Origin: Sminthopsis crassicaudata
Lineage: Eukaryota
DNA length: 64,000 nucleotides
NCBI RefSeq assembly: GCF_048593235.1
Contig: NC_133619.1
Coordinates: 649,676,558 to 649,740,557, forward strand
Direction of reading: 5' to 3'
The notes under the pieces were generated by a model. It searched no databases and was not told the DNA's origin. It saw only the letters and a list, made by a program, of their open reading frames with translations. Shown one piece after another: positions 25,036 through 54,553 of this stretch (within the stretch, counting starts at the first letter, position 1; each line of letters starts with the position of its first letter). The translations under genes and the position numbers were made by a program.

Positions 25036-25623
25036 AGGTAAGAAGAAATCTTACCAAATTCCTTTTACAAAACAAATATGATCTTATTAACTATTTATTT
25101 ATTGTCAGTTTTATTGGCATATAGTTGGGCAAAATTGTTCCTAATAATTGCCTTTATTTCATTTTAATTGGTTGTGAATTCACTCTTTTCATTTTTGATA
25201 CTGATAATGGGATTTCCTTCTTTTAAAAAATCAAATTAGCCAATGGTTTATCTATTCTATTGCTTATTTATTTTTAGACTGTTTTATTCAATGGTTTTTA
25301 CTTTTAATTTTGTTAATATCTCCTTTGTTTTTCAGGATTTCTATTTTGATGTTTAATTAGGGTTTTTAATTGGTTGGTTTTCTATTTTGTTCTTGCTGTT
25401 GTTGTACCAAACTCAGTTTATTAATTTGTTTTTTCTTTCTTTTATTGATATAAGTAGAGACATAAAATTTCTCCTAAGTACTGCTTTGAAGGTATCCTAC
25501 AAATTTTGGTACATTGTCTTATTGTTGTCATTATCTTTAATGAAACTATTAATTGTTTTCATGATTTGTTCTTTTACTAACCCATTCTTTAGTTTTAAGT
25601 TATTTATTTTCCAATTAACTTTT

Positions 25624-27271
25624 TTTAATTATATGTATGGGTAATTTTTCAGCATTAACAATTGCAAAACCTCTTGTTCCAATTTTTCCCCTCCCCCAGA
25701 TGTCAGGTAGACCAATACATGTTAAATATATTAAAGTATATGTTAAATACAATATATGTATACATGTCCATACAATTATTTTGCTGCACAAGAAGAATCG
25801 GACTTTGAAATAGTGTACAATTAACCTATAAAAAATGCAAGCAGACAAAAATAGAGGGATTGGGAATTCTATGTAGTGGTTCACACTCATTTTCCAGAGT
25901 TCTTTCATTGGGTGTAACTGGTTCAGGTCATTACTGCTCTATTGGAACTGATTTGGTTCATGTCATTGTTGAAGATGGCCACGTCCATCAGAATTGATCA
26001 TCATATAGTATTGTTGTTGAAGTACATAATGATCCCCTGGTGCTACTCATTTCACTCAGCATCACTTCATATAAGTCTCTCCAGGCCTTTCTGAAATCAT
26101 CCTGCTGGTGATTTCTTACAGAACAAAAATATTCCATAATATTCATATACCACAATTTATTCAGCCATTCTCCAGTTGATGGGCATCCATCCACTCAGCT
26201 TCCAGTTTCTGGCCACTACAAAGAGGGCTGCCACAAACATTCTTGTTTCTCTTCTTTAAAAACTCTTTGGGATATAAGCCCAGTAGTAATACTGCATAGT
26301 TTGATAACTTTTTGAGCATAGTTCCAAATTGCTCTCCAGAATGGCTGGATGTAATCACAATTCCACCAACAATGTATCAGTGTCCCAGTTTTCCCACATC
26401 CTCTCCAACATTCCTCATCATCTTTCCCTGTCATTCTAGCCAATCTGACAGATGTATAGTGGTATCTCAGAGTTGTTTTAATTTTCATTTCTCTGATTAA
26501 TAATGACTTGGAGCATCCTTTCATATGGCTAGAAATAGTTTCAATTTCTTCGTCTGAGAATTGTCTGTTCATATCCTTTGACCATTTATCAATTGGAGAA
26601 TGGCTTGATTTCTTATAAATTAAAGTCAATTCTCCATGTATTTTGGAAAGGAGGCCTTTATCATTTTGACTGTAAAAATGCTTTCCCATTTTATTGATTC
26701 CTTTTTAATCTTGTCTGAAGCTTTGTTTGTACAAAAATTTTTCAATTTGATATAATCAAAATTTTATATTTTGTGATCAATAATGATCTCTAGTTCTTCT
26801 TTGGTCATAAATTCCTTCCTCCTCCACAAGTCAGAGAGGTAAAATATCCTATGTTCTTATAATTTATTTATAATCTCATTTTTATGCCTAGCTCATGAAC
26901 CCATTTTGACCTTATCTTGGTGTATGGTGTTAAATGTGGGTCAATGCCAAGTTTCTGCCATACTCATTTCCAATTTTCCCAGTAGTTTTTGTCAGTGAAT
27001 TCTTATCCAAAAGCTGGGGTCTTTGGGTTTGTCAAACACTAGATTATTAAAGTTATTGACTATTTTGTCCTTTGAACCTAACCTATTCCATTGATCAACT
27101 AGTCTATTTCTTAGCCAATACCAAATGGTATTGTGGTAACTGCTGCTTTATAATATAATTTTAGATCTGCTAAAGCTAGGTTACCTTCATTTGATTTTTT
27201 TTTCGTTAGTTTCTTTGAAATTCTTGACCTTTTGTTTTTCCATATGAATTTTGTTGTTTTTTTTCTAGGTC
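25624..27271 (-). mobile_element. 5'-truncated L1 (1.65 kb) with a perfect 13-bp TSD
   Basis: CCAATTAACTTTT at 25611-25623 and 27272-27284; ORF2 C-terminal peptide CWRGCGKTGTLIHCWWNC. Confidence 0.9.
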
Positions 27272-27644
27272 CCAATTAACTTTTAATATATGCTTCAAAG
27301 ACTCTTTTTTAAAGCAATCTTTATTATATTATAGTTGGCAAAGATACATAAATAATTCTGTTTTTTGATATTTATTTTGAGATTTTTATGCCCTAAATGA
27401 TCAATGTTTGTAACAGTGCCATGCATAACTAAGAAATATTCATACTTTTTGTTATTCCCATTCAATATTGCCTGTAGATCTATCATATGTAACTTTTCTA
27501 CAGTCTTGTTCTCTCCTTTCTTATTTATTTTATTATTAGATTCATTTTGATCTGAAAGAGGTAACTTGAGGCAACCTACTATTATAGTTTTACTGTCTAT
27601 TTCCCCCTGTAATTCATTTGATTTTTCCTTTAAGAATTTAGGTA

Positions 27645-27815
27645 TTCATTTAACATATATTGAACTACATGCCATCTGGGGAGGGCGTGGGGGGAAGGAG
27701 GGGATAATTTTGAACTGAAGGCTTTGCAAGGGTTAGTGTTGAAAAGTTACCTATGCATATGTTTTGTAAATAAAAAAATTTTAAAACAAACAAACAAAAA
27801 AGAGTAGAAAAAAAA
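27645..27815 (+). mobile_element. Short plus-strand L1 3' UTR with A-rich tail
   Basis: Same 3' UTR family as 24840-25035; AATTTAGGT occurs on both sides. Confidence 0.6.
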
Positions 27816-28210
27816 TTTAGGTGCTATTCCATTTGTTGCATATATATTCTGTAATGATAATTCATTTTGTATGGTACTTTTTAGTGCAGTGTAGTTTCCC
27901 TGTTTATCTCTTTTAAATTGGTTTATTTTTGTTTTTGCTTTGTCTTAGATCATGATCGCCACCCCTGCCTTTTTTACTTCAGCTAAAGCATGATACATTC
28001 TGGTCCAGACCTTTATTTTAACTCTATGTGTATCTTTTTGTTTCAGGTATTTTTCTTTGTAAACAATACAAGTAAAAACAACAACAAAAAAAAATGTTGT
28101 TGTATTTTACTTTCTAATCCATTCTGCTTTCCTCTTCTGTTTTATACTTGAGTTCATCTCATTCACTTTTACAAATAATTTGCCTCCATCCTATTTCTTA
28201 TATTCATCCT

Positions 28211-28241
<31 letters not shown>

Positions 28242-29192
28242 GTTCCTCTCTTTATTTTGTTCCTCTTTCAGAGTCTATTTTGTTTCTGCTTCTCTTAATC
28301 CATTCTCTTATTTTCCAACTTCCTCTTTCTTTTAATCCCTTTCCCTCCTGTTTCTCTGTTGAGGAAAATAAATTTCTGCAGTGAATTATGTATGCTTATG
28401 CATTTCTTCCTCTTTGAACCAGTTCAGACAAGAATGAGTTGAAGTGTTACCCATTCCTAAATGTCCCCATCCAAGTATAAATTCTTCCTTACTTGTCCAG
28501 TTTAAGTGAGATACTTTTCTTCATTCCTTGTCTCCTTCCTTTCTCTCCCAGTATATTTCTATTCCCCACCCTTCTTTTCTTCTTTTGAGGTCATCCAAAT
28601 ATAATAGAATCATACACAGGCTCTCTAATAAGACTCCCTGGAAGACTCCTGGTGATGATAACATTCTGAGAAGTTACAAGCAATCATCTCTCTATATAAT
28701 AATGTAAAGAGTTTTTAAAGTTCTTTATGGTCTCTTACTAATATTTACCTTTTTATGGTTCTCTTCGGTCATATGTTTGAATATCAGATTTTTCTAATAA
28801 GCTGTGCTATCTTCATCAGGAGTGCTTTTTTTCTAGTTATTTTTGGCTGTAAGTCTAGATGCATTGCCTTCTGGAGTATCACATTCCAAGCCCTTTGCTC
28901 TTTTATTGTGGTGGCTGCTAAATCTTGTGGGAATCTGATTGTGGTCCCATTGTACTTGAATTCTTTTCTTGTTTTTTGCATTTTCTCTTTGACCTTAGAG
29001 TTCCGGATTTTGGCTATAATATTCCCTTGGTTTTCATTTTGAAGTTTCTTTTGGAGGAGATAGAATTTTTATATTTCTCCTTTGTCTCCTGGTTCTAAAA
29101 TAGCTGAGTGGTTTTCCTTTAAAATTTCTTGATATGTTGTCTAGGCTCTTTTTGTTTATCTGTTTGTGGGTTTCAGGTAAGCCAACAATTAT

Positions 29193-29858
29193 TGTGATAG
29201 GTGATTAGTTAGACTCCTATTGTATTCCAATTGGTATAATTGATTTGATATCATGCTATAAGGGTGGTGATTCAGGTGCAGAGCTATGGACTACAGATTG
29301 TAAATTTTAATTATAAAAAAACAAACTAGAAGACCTGCCCTTGTTTTTCCTTATTATGGTGACCAAGCCCAGAGTGGCAGAGGCATCTCAATTACAAGGA
29401 AAGCCCCCCAGCTATTTTTGTTGCCCCTCCACCCCTTGTCATCCTTCTATTGTCCAATTGCCCATGAATACTTGGCCAGTGAGTGACCCTGGTTGGTGGA
29501 TTGCAGTCTGCCCTTCTATGGGTCCCTCAACCCATGAAGATGTTTTAATATCCACTCATCAGCCCAACCCCATTAGCCTGTTCATCAATTTTGGTAGGAC
29601 CTCCTGGAATGTTAAGGTAGATTTGTTAAAGTGGAGGGTCCTAGAGGGCCAAGGGCAACATTTATTCACCAATCAGACTTGATAGTTTTGTCCTACTTCT
29701 CTTGTAATGTCTAGGTATCAAACAACTAAGGCCCTGGAGGAAGGCGGATATCTCAGAGAGTTAGGGAGATCTGAAGTTGACTTCATTAGAGGAAGCCTTG
29801 GGCTCCTCAATGTTTTTTTCTTGCAGATTGGACAATTTTGAAAGTTTCCACAATTTCA
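29193..29858. mobile_element. Probable solo LTR (666 bp) inside L1 ORF1
   Basis: Non-L1 segment with TG...CA ends and a 4-bp TTAT duplication (29189-29192 and 29859-29862); L1 ORF1 resumes after it. Orientation unresolved. Confidence 0.5.
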
Positions 29859-30005
29859 TTATCTCCTCTTAATCTATTTTTTAGATCAGCTGTTTTTCCT
29901 ATAAGATGGTTCATATTTTCTTCTACTTTTTTCAGTCTTTTTACTTTAATAATTATTTGATGTCTCATGGAGTCATTAGCTTCCATTTGACCAGCTTTAA
30001 TTTTC

Positions 30006-31364
30006 TTTTTTTTTATTAAATTTTTTTTATTTTCAAAACATATGCATAAATAATTTTCAACATTCACCCTTGCAATACTTGGGTTACAAATGTTTTTCTC
30101 TCTCTGCCTTCTACTTCTTCCCCTAGGTGGCAAGTAATCCAATATGTTAAACATGTGCAATTTTTCTATAAAGATTTCCACATTCATCCTGCTGCACAAG
30201 AAAATCAGATCAAAAAGAAAAAAAAATGAGAAAGAAAACAAAATGCAAGCAAACTATAACAGAAAGAGTGGAAATGCTATGTTGTGTTCCACACTCAGTT
30301 CTCACAGGCCTCTCTCTGGGTGTATATGGCTCTCTTCATCACTAAACCATTGGAACTGGCCTGAATCATCTCATTGTTGAAGAGAGCCATGTCCATCAGA
30401 ATATATCCTCATATAGTTTGTTGTTGAAATGTATAATGATCTCCTGCATCAGTTAACGTAAGTCTCTCCAAACCTCTCTGTATTTATCCTGCTGGTCATT
30501 TCTTACAGAACAATAATATTCCATAACATTCATATATCACAATTTACCCAACTATTCTCCAACTGGTGGGCATCCATTCAATTTCCAGTTTCTAGCCACT
30601 ACAAAAAGAGCTGCCACAAACAGTTTTGCACATGTGGGTCCCTTTCCCTTCTTTAAGAACTCTTTGGGATATAAGCCCAGTAGTAACACTGCTGCACCAA
30701 AGGGGATACACAATTTGATAACTCTTTTTGAGCATAGTTCTAAATTGCTCTCCAGAATGGCTAGATGTATTCACAATTCCACCAACAATGTATCAGTGTC
30801 CCATTTTTCTCACATCCCCTCCAACATTCCGCATTAACTTTCCCTGTCATTCTAGCCAATCTGAGAGGTGTGTAGTGGTATCTCAGAGTTATCTTAATTT
30901 GTATTTCTCTGATCAATAATGATTTGGAGCACCTTTTCATATGACTTGAAATAGTTTCAATTTCTTCATCTGAAAATTGTTCATATCTTTTGATTATTTA
31001 TCAGATGGAGAATGGCTTGATTTCTTATAAATTAGAGTCAGTTCTCTAGATATTTTGGAAATGAGGCCTTTATCAGAACCTTTAACTGTCAAAATGTTTT
31101 CCCAGTTTATTGCTTCCCTTCTAATCTTGTCTGCATTAGTTTTGTTTGTACAAAAACTTAATATAATCAAAATTTTTTATTTTGTGATCAATAATGATCT
31201 CTATTTCTTCTTTGGTTACAAATTGCTTCCTTCTCCACAGGTCTAAGAGGTAAACTATGTTATGTTCTAATTTATTTATAATCTCATTCTTTATGTCTGG
31301 ATCATGAATCCATTTTGACCTTATCTTGGAGTATGGTGTTAAGTGTAGATCAATGGCTAGTTTT
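30006..31364 (-). mobile_element. 5'-truncated L1 (1.36 kb) with a 15-bp TSD
   Basis: CCAGC(T/A)TTAATTTTC at 29991-30005 and 31365-31379; degraded ORF2 3' end. Confidence 0.85.
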
Positions 31365-31645
31365 CCAGCATTAATTTTCAATTAGTTGTTTTCTTCAGAA
31401 AGATTTTATATCTATTTCCCCAAGCTATTAATCCTCTTTTCCTGGAGATTAATAATTTTCCTGTATAGCTTTCATTTCTTTTCCATTTTTCTTCCTCCAC
31501 TTTTATTTGGTTTTATAAATCTTTTTTTAAAAAAACATATATTTATTTAGCTCTTGTTTTAACTGGCCCAGCAATTCCTTTTAGGTTTGTATCCAATCAG
31601 TATTTTTCTTTGAGTTTTTGTTTGCAGAGATTTTTCAAGTCATCG

Positions 31646-31647
<2 letters not shown>

Positions 31648-31686
<39 letters not shown>
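31648..31686. repeat. T39 homopolymer
   Basis: Direct count. Confidence 0.95.
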
Positions 31687-31687
<1 letters not shown>

Positions 31688-31889
31688 TATTTGTGGCTTG
31701 AGTTTCCTCGTTCCCTTAGTGGCTCTATATGTCTTTGTTGTTAGCTCATTTTGACTTGTGAGAAATCTGAGCATGTTTCTTGGAAGCCAAAAAGATGCTT
31801 ATAGAGAAAGAGAGATTGAAAATGAGAAAAAAAAATCAGTAGGAAAAAGTAGTAGGAGAGATGGGCAGTAATGTGATCCAGTACACAAA

Positions 31890-32620
31890 GAAGGAAGTTG
31901 GCCTTGGCAAACGAAAGGGTCACTTTTCAGAGACTAAAGGAGGAAAGAGTGGGTAAAAATATACAGTATTTTACAATATAGAGTAGCAGAGAAGAGGAAG
32001 TTCATAACAGATAACCTCATCTTCTCAGTGTCATATTCTCTAAGGGAATTTACTTTCCCAACTCTACCTTGCATTAATGGACAAGGCCCATTATTCCTGG
32101 AGAATAGCTGATAATTTCAGCCCTTATAGTGATTAATTGAGAGTCATTTGGATTTCTAGCATAATTGCTCATGAACCCCACCAGTGTGTTTCCCATCAGC
32201 TATAAGACATCTTTAATTAGCCCTGCTGATGCAATTATAGAAGAGACAGTTGGTAAAAACAAAACAAAAAAACAACAATTCCCCTCCAGGTCCACATATC
32301 CACACAGGTCCAATAAGCAAACTTGGTTCAAACTTAGAATACAATGGTGGCAAGTCATCTATGTGGCAAAGGATAAACTCACAACTCTAGATTGTTGAAG
32401 ATCCATTTCCCACTTTCCAGAGTCACATGCAATTCCCTGGGGTCTTTGATGGACCCTGGATGTTCTGGAGTGTTGTGTCCTTAGTGTGCTTAGAATGTCT
32501 CTGAGCCTGTGATTGACATCCTGCTATCTGCAATTTCTGCTGTCTCCAGGATGTCCTGATGGATGCTCATGGGAATTCCCAAGATCATGACCTTTTAGAG
32601 TTTACAAGGTCATCCTTTGA
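31890..32620. mobile_element. Ancient L2-like and CR1/L3-like relics
   Basis: L2-like gaagaggaagttcataacagataacctc near 32000. Degenerate + strand endonuclease-like words (FLE..DNF near 32095; QDHDLLEFT near 32580). Weak evidence. Confidence 0.35.
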
Positions 32621-33067
32621 CTTATAGGGAGGGGGAGGGGAGAGATCTCAAAATTCCCCCAAAGAGCAATTTCTGGGCCTGTCATCACGCCAGCTGGAAG
32701 CCTGACCTGACTCACTGTGTTATAGGCAGGTTTTGACAGTGAGCCCGATTCTTCCTTCCAATCCCAGAGCATATTCTGTCTGAATGCATTCGACTTCATT
32801 ACTTGCGTCTCCCCTCTGCTTTCTAGGCATTGACCTTCTCCCCATTGCTATGTCTGTAATGTCAGAAGAGATTTTGGTTAGTGTCGAGATCCACAAGATC
32901 AGGGTTGTGTCCTTGCTGGGCATCCTTCCCTTGCTAAGTGTGGCGGGCTAAATCTCCTTTTGTTGGGGCTCCAGTGTCTAATTTCATTCCAGTTCCAAAC
33001 CCGAAGCATCCAGGCCATTCTGGATAAGGCTGGTGGATTTTGTCAATGAATGTTTGTTTAACTGCAG

Positions 33068-33672
33068 ACGTGGTTGGAGTTCTGGACTTGGAGTCAAGAA
33101 GGAATGTTCCCCCAGAGCTCCGGACTTGGAGTCGGGAAGGAATGTTCCCCCAGAGCTCGGGACTTGGAGTCGGGAAGGAATGTTCCCCCAGAGTTCCGGA
33201 CTTGGAGTCGGGAAGGAATGTACCCCCAGAGTTCGGGACTTGGAGTCGGGAAGGAATGTTCCCCCAGAGCTCGGGACTTGGAGTCGGGAAGGAATGTTCC
33301 CCCAGAGCTCGGGACTTGGAGTCGGGAAGGAATGTTCCCCCAGAGTTCCGGACTTGGAGTCGGGAAGGAATGTTCCCCCAGAGTTCCGGACTTGGAGTCG
33401 GGAAGGAATGTTCCCCCAGAGCTCCGGACTTGGAGTCGGGAAGGAATGTTCCCCCAGAGCTCCGGACTTGGAGTCGGGAAGGAATGTTCCCCCAGAGCTC
33501 CGGACTTGGAGTCGGGAAGGAATGTTCCCCCAGAGCTCCGGACTTGGAGTCGGGAAGACCTTTGAATTTAAACTTTGCTTTGTGTAACTGTGGACAAATC
33601 TTTCATGGGTCTGTAAATTGGGGCTGCTTAAAGCACCTGCTTCATAGGGTTATGATGAGAATCACATGGGGA
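33068..33672 (+). mobile_element. MIR/CORE-SINE interrupted by a minisatellite between its A and B boxes
   Basis: Head gtggttggagttctggacttggagtcaagaag, then the array, then acctttgaatttaaac...ctgtaaattgggg...agcacctgcttcatagggttatgatgagaatcacatg, collinear with the CORE-SINE consensus. Confidence 0.75.
33084..33557. repeat. Minisatellite: 12 full copies plus a partial copy of 38-bp GGACTTGGAGTCGGGAAGGAATGTTCCCCCAGAG(C/T)TC(C/G)
   Basis: Exact 38-bp period from 33084 to 33540, no spacers. Confidence 0.97.
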
Positions 33673-34522
33673 ACACCGAGTATTTCTCCGACCTTTTGGG
33701 GCCACATAAATGTTAAAGGGGACAATGTGACAGGGAGGGAGTCATCCTCTCACTGCCGCCATCCCGATGGAGGAAGACTTTTGTGATGGTTTCTTTTCTT
33801 TCTTCAATAACCTTTCATTAAATGCTGCTGCTTTGAACTGAATGCTGTTTTCCAGCTGATCAGTAAAGGCAAATGCAGCCATGTCTTTAGGGGGTAACTT
33901 GGGCAACTTCTCCCTGGTTGGGAGGGGGTGCCACGATCTCCCGTGCTCCCGCTGACATGTGCTCCTGGCCACAGCAGGGAAGTCTGTCCCTCCACTGGGA
34001 GGATTTGGGGACAACCTCCTCTGTAACCTTCCTTCTTGACAAAGGCCATTCTCTGCTGGTGACCTTAATCCCCTCTGCCTCCTCCTGGAGGTTGCCCCTT
34101 TGATCACCACCCCCTTTCTTATTCTCCACCTCACAGCTGGCACTGGGCTCCTCTGAGGTCTCCAAACACGTCCACGATTCTCTCATCATTAAAAAAGTCT
34201 TCCCTTGCTTTTGCCATCCCCTTGATTATTGTTCTGTCTCTGCCCGGGGGGCCCCAAGGTTTGTTCACAAGGGCATGAGCCTCTAAGTCGGGATCCCGGG
34301 GGGCAGAAGGACTCTGGCTCTGGCTGTGGAGAGCTGGGCCCTTTCCAGCGGGCACCACGGAGTGCCATCCAGAGGGAGGGGGAAGGGCGGGAGAATCTCC
34401 GACCTCGTTATCAGCCCAGAGTCCATGGGGACGGTTTCCAGGTTAAAGTGTAACCAGACCCCCCCATTCTCCACCTTCCCCCCTTGCCTGGGTCACACAA
34501 TTCTAGGGGTGCCTGGGCAAAC

Positions 34523-36184
34523 ATGGTGGCTCGTGGAAAGGAATCAGGGAGGACTCCAGATGTGAGACCCTCCTCAACCCCCTCCCCCTGCCTGGGAGGC
34601 CCAAGGCCTAGGTCTCCAAGGGAGGCTGGGAGAGCAGCTAGATTTTGGGGCTGTCTGTGAGGGAGAGAGGGCGGGGGCGGCTACCTTCCGGGGATCCCTG
34701 TGGAAGTGGGGAAGGTCCCAGGGAGGCCGGAGCCTCAGAGAACCGGGAACTGGGCGCCTGGGTCCCCGGGGCTTGGGTGGGCACTTCAGGGGGTGGGAGC
34801 TGGGCTGGTGTCCACAGGCTGTCCCTCTCTCTAGACTCTGCTCCTGGCCTTGAGGCTGGTGCCCTTCTTCGCCTCCTGCGCCCTCTACTTCCTCCTCTGG
34901 CTGCCCTCGGAAGAACCCGGCTGGACCAGCGCTCTGGTCAAATGCCTCCCCATCCTCTGCCTGGCCTTCTTCGCCCGCACCAGCGCCTCCCAGGGGCCCG
35001 GCCGCCGATTTATCCCGATGGGCCTCCTCTGCTCGGCGCTGGGGGACGTCTTCCTCATTTGGCCCAACCTGTTCCTCTTTGGTGAGTGGGGAGCAAGGGG
35101 CAAGGACTGGGTGGGACTGGGGGCGGGGCAGGAGTCAGGAGACCAGGTCCAAGGCCATGTGGGGTGGGCTTTGGCCGAGACCCTGGCCCCGCCTCGGATG
35201 GAGAGGTTGGAAAATGAGTGGGGTCCTTTCCAGGATGGGGCCGCCAGCCTCCACTTCCCAGGCTCTGCAAGCAGAGGGTCCCAGAGACCCTAGAGAGCAT
35301 TCAGTGTTCACCTGGCCCCTGGGGAGAGTGTTAGGGACCCTCTGGCGCTTCCTCATCCATCAAACCCAGGGGTGGCTGCAGGGCCCAGAGAGGGCAGGGC
35401 TAATCCAATTCCCCAGCCAGGAGGGAAGGCAGCTCTGATGGCTCAGGGGGTAATGAGCTCCCCATCCCCAGGAGTATGCAAGCAGAGGACGTGACCAGGC
35501 CTGTCACCTTCTAGAAATTCGGGGCTACAGGGGGCCCACGGACTGAGGTCGATGCCCTCGGGAGGGAAGAGCAGAGCCTGCTTTCCAAGGGCTCCCAGAG
35601 GCGCCTAATGCTGTGCCCTTGAACGTGGCCATGGGTTCGAATCCCTGATTGCTGGGATTTTACTGCAGAGGAAACTGGCCTGGACAGGAGGGGCGCCTTA
35701 CAGCTGGGAAGAATTCAAAGCAGGGCTTGAACCCGGAGCCCCGGCCAGGCCAACCTGCTGGCTGTAGCCTTCCGACTCCCAACCTGGCCCTTGCTTTGCA
35801 GGTATGGCGGCCTTTGCCGTGGCCCACCTGTGCTACCTGGGGGCCCTGGGCTGGCTGCCGCTGCGCCCGGTCCTCCTGAGCTCCGTGGCGGCTGCCTTCG
35901 GCTTCTACGTGGGGCTCCTGCAGCCTCAGCTGCCGCCCGGCCTGGGGCTCCCAGTGTTCCTTTACGCAGCCATTCTGGGCCTGGTGCTGTGGCGGGCTCT
36001 GGCCCGAGGGGGCCCCACGGCCATTGGCGGCCTGCTCTTCAGCGTCTCGGACGCCGTCCTGGCCTGGGACACCTTTGTCCGGCCCCTGCTTCCAGGACGT
36101 CTGATCATCATGGTCACCTACTACTCTGCCCAGGCCCTGCTGGCTCTGTCGACAGTGGAGGCCAGGGCCTCCAAGGCCGACTGA
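34523..36184 (+). CDS. TMEM86B: Lysoplasmalogenase (YhhN family), about 222 aa, 3 exons
   Basis: Exons 34523-34561 (MVARGKESGRTPD, least certain), 34835-35081 (includes VKCLPILCL and SALGDVFLIWP) and 35802-36184 (GMAAFAVAHLCY, LLFSVSDAVLAWDTF, IMVTYYSAQ). Frame continuous; matches recalled TMEM86B and synteny. Confidence 0.92.
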
Positions 36185-36470
36185 GGCCCCAGTGTCTCCC
36201 GGCAAGTCTGCCAGGGTGGTGCTGACCCCTGCCCGGGGCTGGCAGACCCAGTCTTGGGCACGGCCTTTTCTGGAGGCCTCCTGCACACTCATCACCTCCG
36301 GGGCTGCTGTCCTCACCATGGCTCATTTCTCCAGATGAAGAAGACTTTCCCCACCTCCCTTGGACTCCCCCAGCCCTTGACTGACATTACCCACAATCCT
36401 CCTGGCTTGAATGCCCCATAGGTGGGCCGTCCGGCCCTTGGCATCCAAGCCACCATCTGCCCAGGCACTT

Positions 36471-36476
36471 AATAAA
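36471..36476 (+). terminator. AATAAA poly(A) signal of TMEM86B
   Basis: First AATAAA after the stop codon. Confidence 0.8.
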
Positions 36477-37488
36477 GCTGATATTGATAATAAGCCTGGG
36501 CTGTCTGTTATTTTGGGAGGGGGGAGAGGGCCACAGCCCTAGGGGGGTTGGGGCCTGGAAGGGAATGTGCTGGCTCTCAGCCTTCCTCCACCCCTCCATC
36601 CCCGGAGCTCTGTGGGCCCAGTTTCTAAGCATCTTTCCCTTGCTCTAGTGAGTGAGCTTCCCAGGGGAGGGAGGGGGCTCCATTCGGGGTTTCCTTGGCA
36701 AAGACACTGGAGGCTTTGCCTTCTCCTTCCCCAGCTCCTTTGGGGCAGATGGGACCACGCAGCCAGCCAGGGTCAGGCTGGCTCTGAACTCAGGAAGATG
36801 AGTTTTCCCAGCATCCCCTAGCTGCCATAAGGAAGACCCTCCGCTACCCCCTTTTTCTCTTTATGGGTGGGTGGGCTCCATTTATATTCTAGGGCTCCAT
36901 TGGATGCTCAATGGCACTTGGTCCATGTATTTGGGAAAGGGCCAGTTCAAGGTCTCGGCTGCCTTCAGTAACCTGGGGCTTCGGCTCTCCCTGGGACTCC
37001 CTTTCATTCTCCACAAGGTGTGGGTGGGTGGGAGACAAGGGCCCTTCAGCGCCCTTGCTAACTTCCCCTTTGGCCTCCCCCCCCTACCCCCCCGGGCTCT
37101 GGTGATTTTGCCTCGCCCAGCCTCAGCTTCCCTATTGGTAAAAAACAGGAGGGGCAGCATTGCTTCTGCTGTTGTGGGCAGGAATGCAGGCTGGCCCAGA
37201 GGAGTCTGGCCCCAAGGGAGGGCGTGCTGGGGTGTGAAGGGCCAGGAGGGGTCAGCGCCTTCTCATCTCTCCTTGCCCGCCTCTCTTCCTCCTCCCTTGC
37301 CCTCTCTGTCCTCCTCCACCCCAGGCTATGACCTCTGTCACCCCAGAGAAAGGAGAAGCTGTTGGGGTGAAAGTCCAAAGGGAGGAGGAGAGCAGAGAGC
37401 TCCCACACCTGAGTTTCGCTTTTCCCTCTCTGGCTTTGTCTCATTTCTCCCTCCTCTCTCCTTCTGACTCCCTCCTGCATCCCAAGTC

Positions 37489-54281
<16,793 letters not shown>

Positions 54282-54547
54282 GAGCCCTGCTTCCTGGGGT
54301 TCAGGATGCTCTCCCCTGGGGGCCCCCGGGCCCCAGGAGCTGAATCTGCGAGTACCCGGGTTCTCTATGGGGCGGCGCAGTGCATCCAGATGTCTGGTCT
54401 CTCAGTGCCATCCAATTATGTGATGTGGATATGGGGAGATCTCTGAGGGGCTGAGCTCTGCCCTCCCCCAGGGGATGAGGAAGGCTCCTGAACTCCTACT
54501 GCAGCCCCCCCCCCCCAATACAGCCTGTATATATTAGTCTTAATTTA

Positions 54548-54553
54548 TTAAAT
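54548..54553 (+). terminator. ATTAAA candidate poly(A) signal of PTPRH
   Basis: Variant hexamer in an AT-rich patch about 270 nt after the stop codon; no earlier AATAAA seen. Confidence 0.6.

Larger units (their letters stand above)
15940..31800 (-). mobile_element. Old, near full-length LINE-1 fragmented by younger nested insertions
   Basis: Collinear host pieces: about 15940-16965 (3' end), 23040-23955, 24190-24460, 25040-25623, 27272-27640 (endonuclease), 27815-29192 (spacer and ORF1 C-terminus, KEFKYNGTTIRFPQDLAATT), 29859-30005 and 31365-31800 (ORF1). Pieces rejoin across target-site duplications (TSDs). Confidence 0.75.

Noticed and set aside
33084-33557. The 38-bp direct repeats resemble a CRISPR array in unit length
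   Set aside because: Units are contiguous with no unique spacers, there are no cas genes, the context is mammalian, and the array derives from a SINE head.
33033-33786. Three overlapping long + strand ORFs (163-248 aa)
   Set aside because: The 38-bp unit contains no stop triplet and cycles through all frames, so all three are open by construction.
33742-34358. Protein-looking minus-strand ORFs (REDFFNDERIVDVFGDL; DMAAFAFTDQLENSIQF)
   Set aside because: No recognisable family, no consistent exon boundaries, and the ORFs sit in different frames. Possibly a very old LINE relic. A tBLASTx or Dfam search would settle it.
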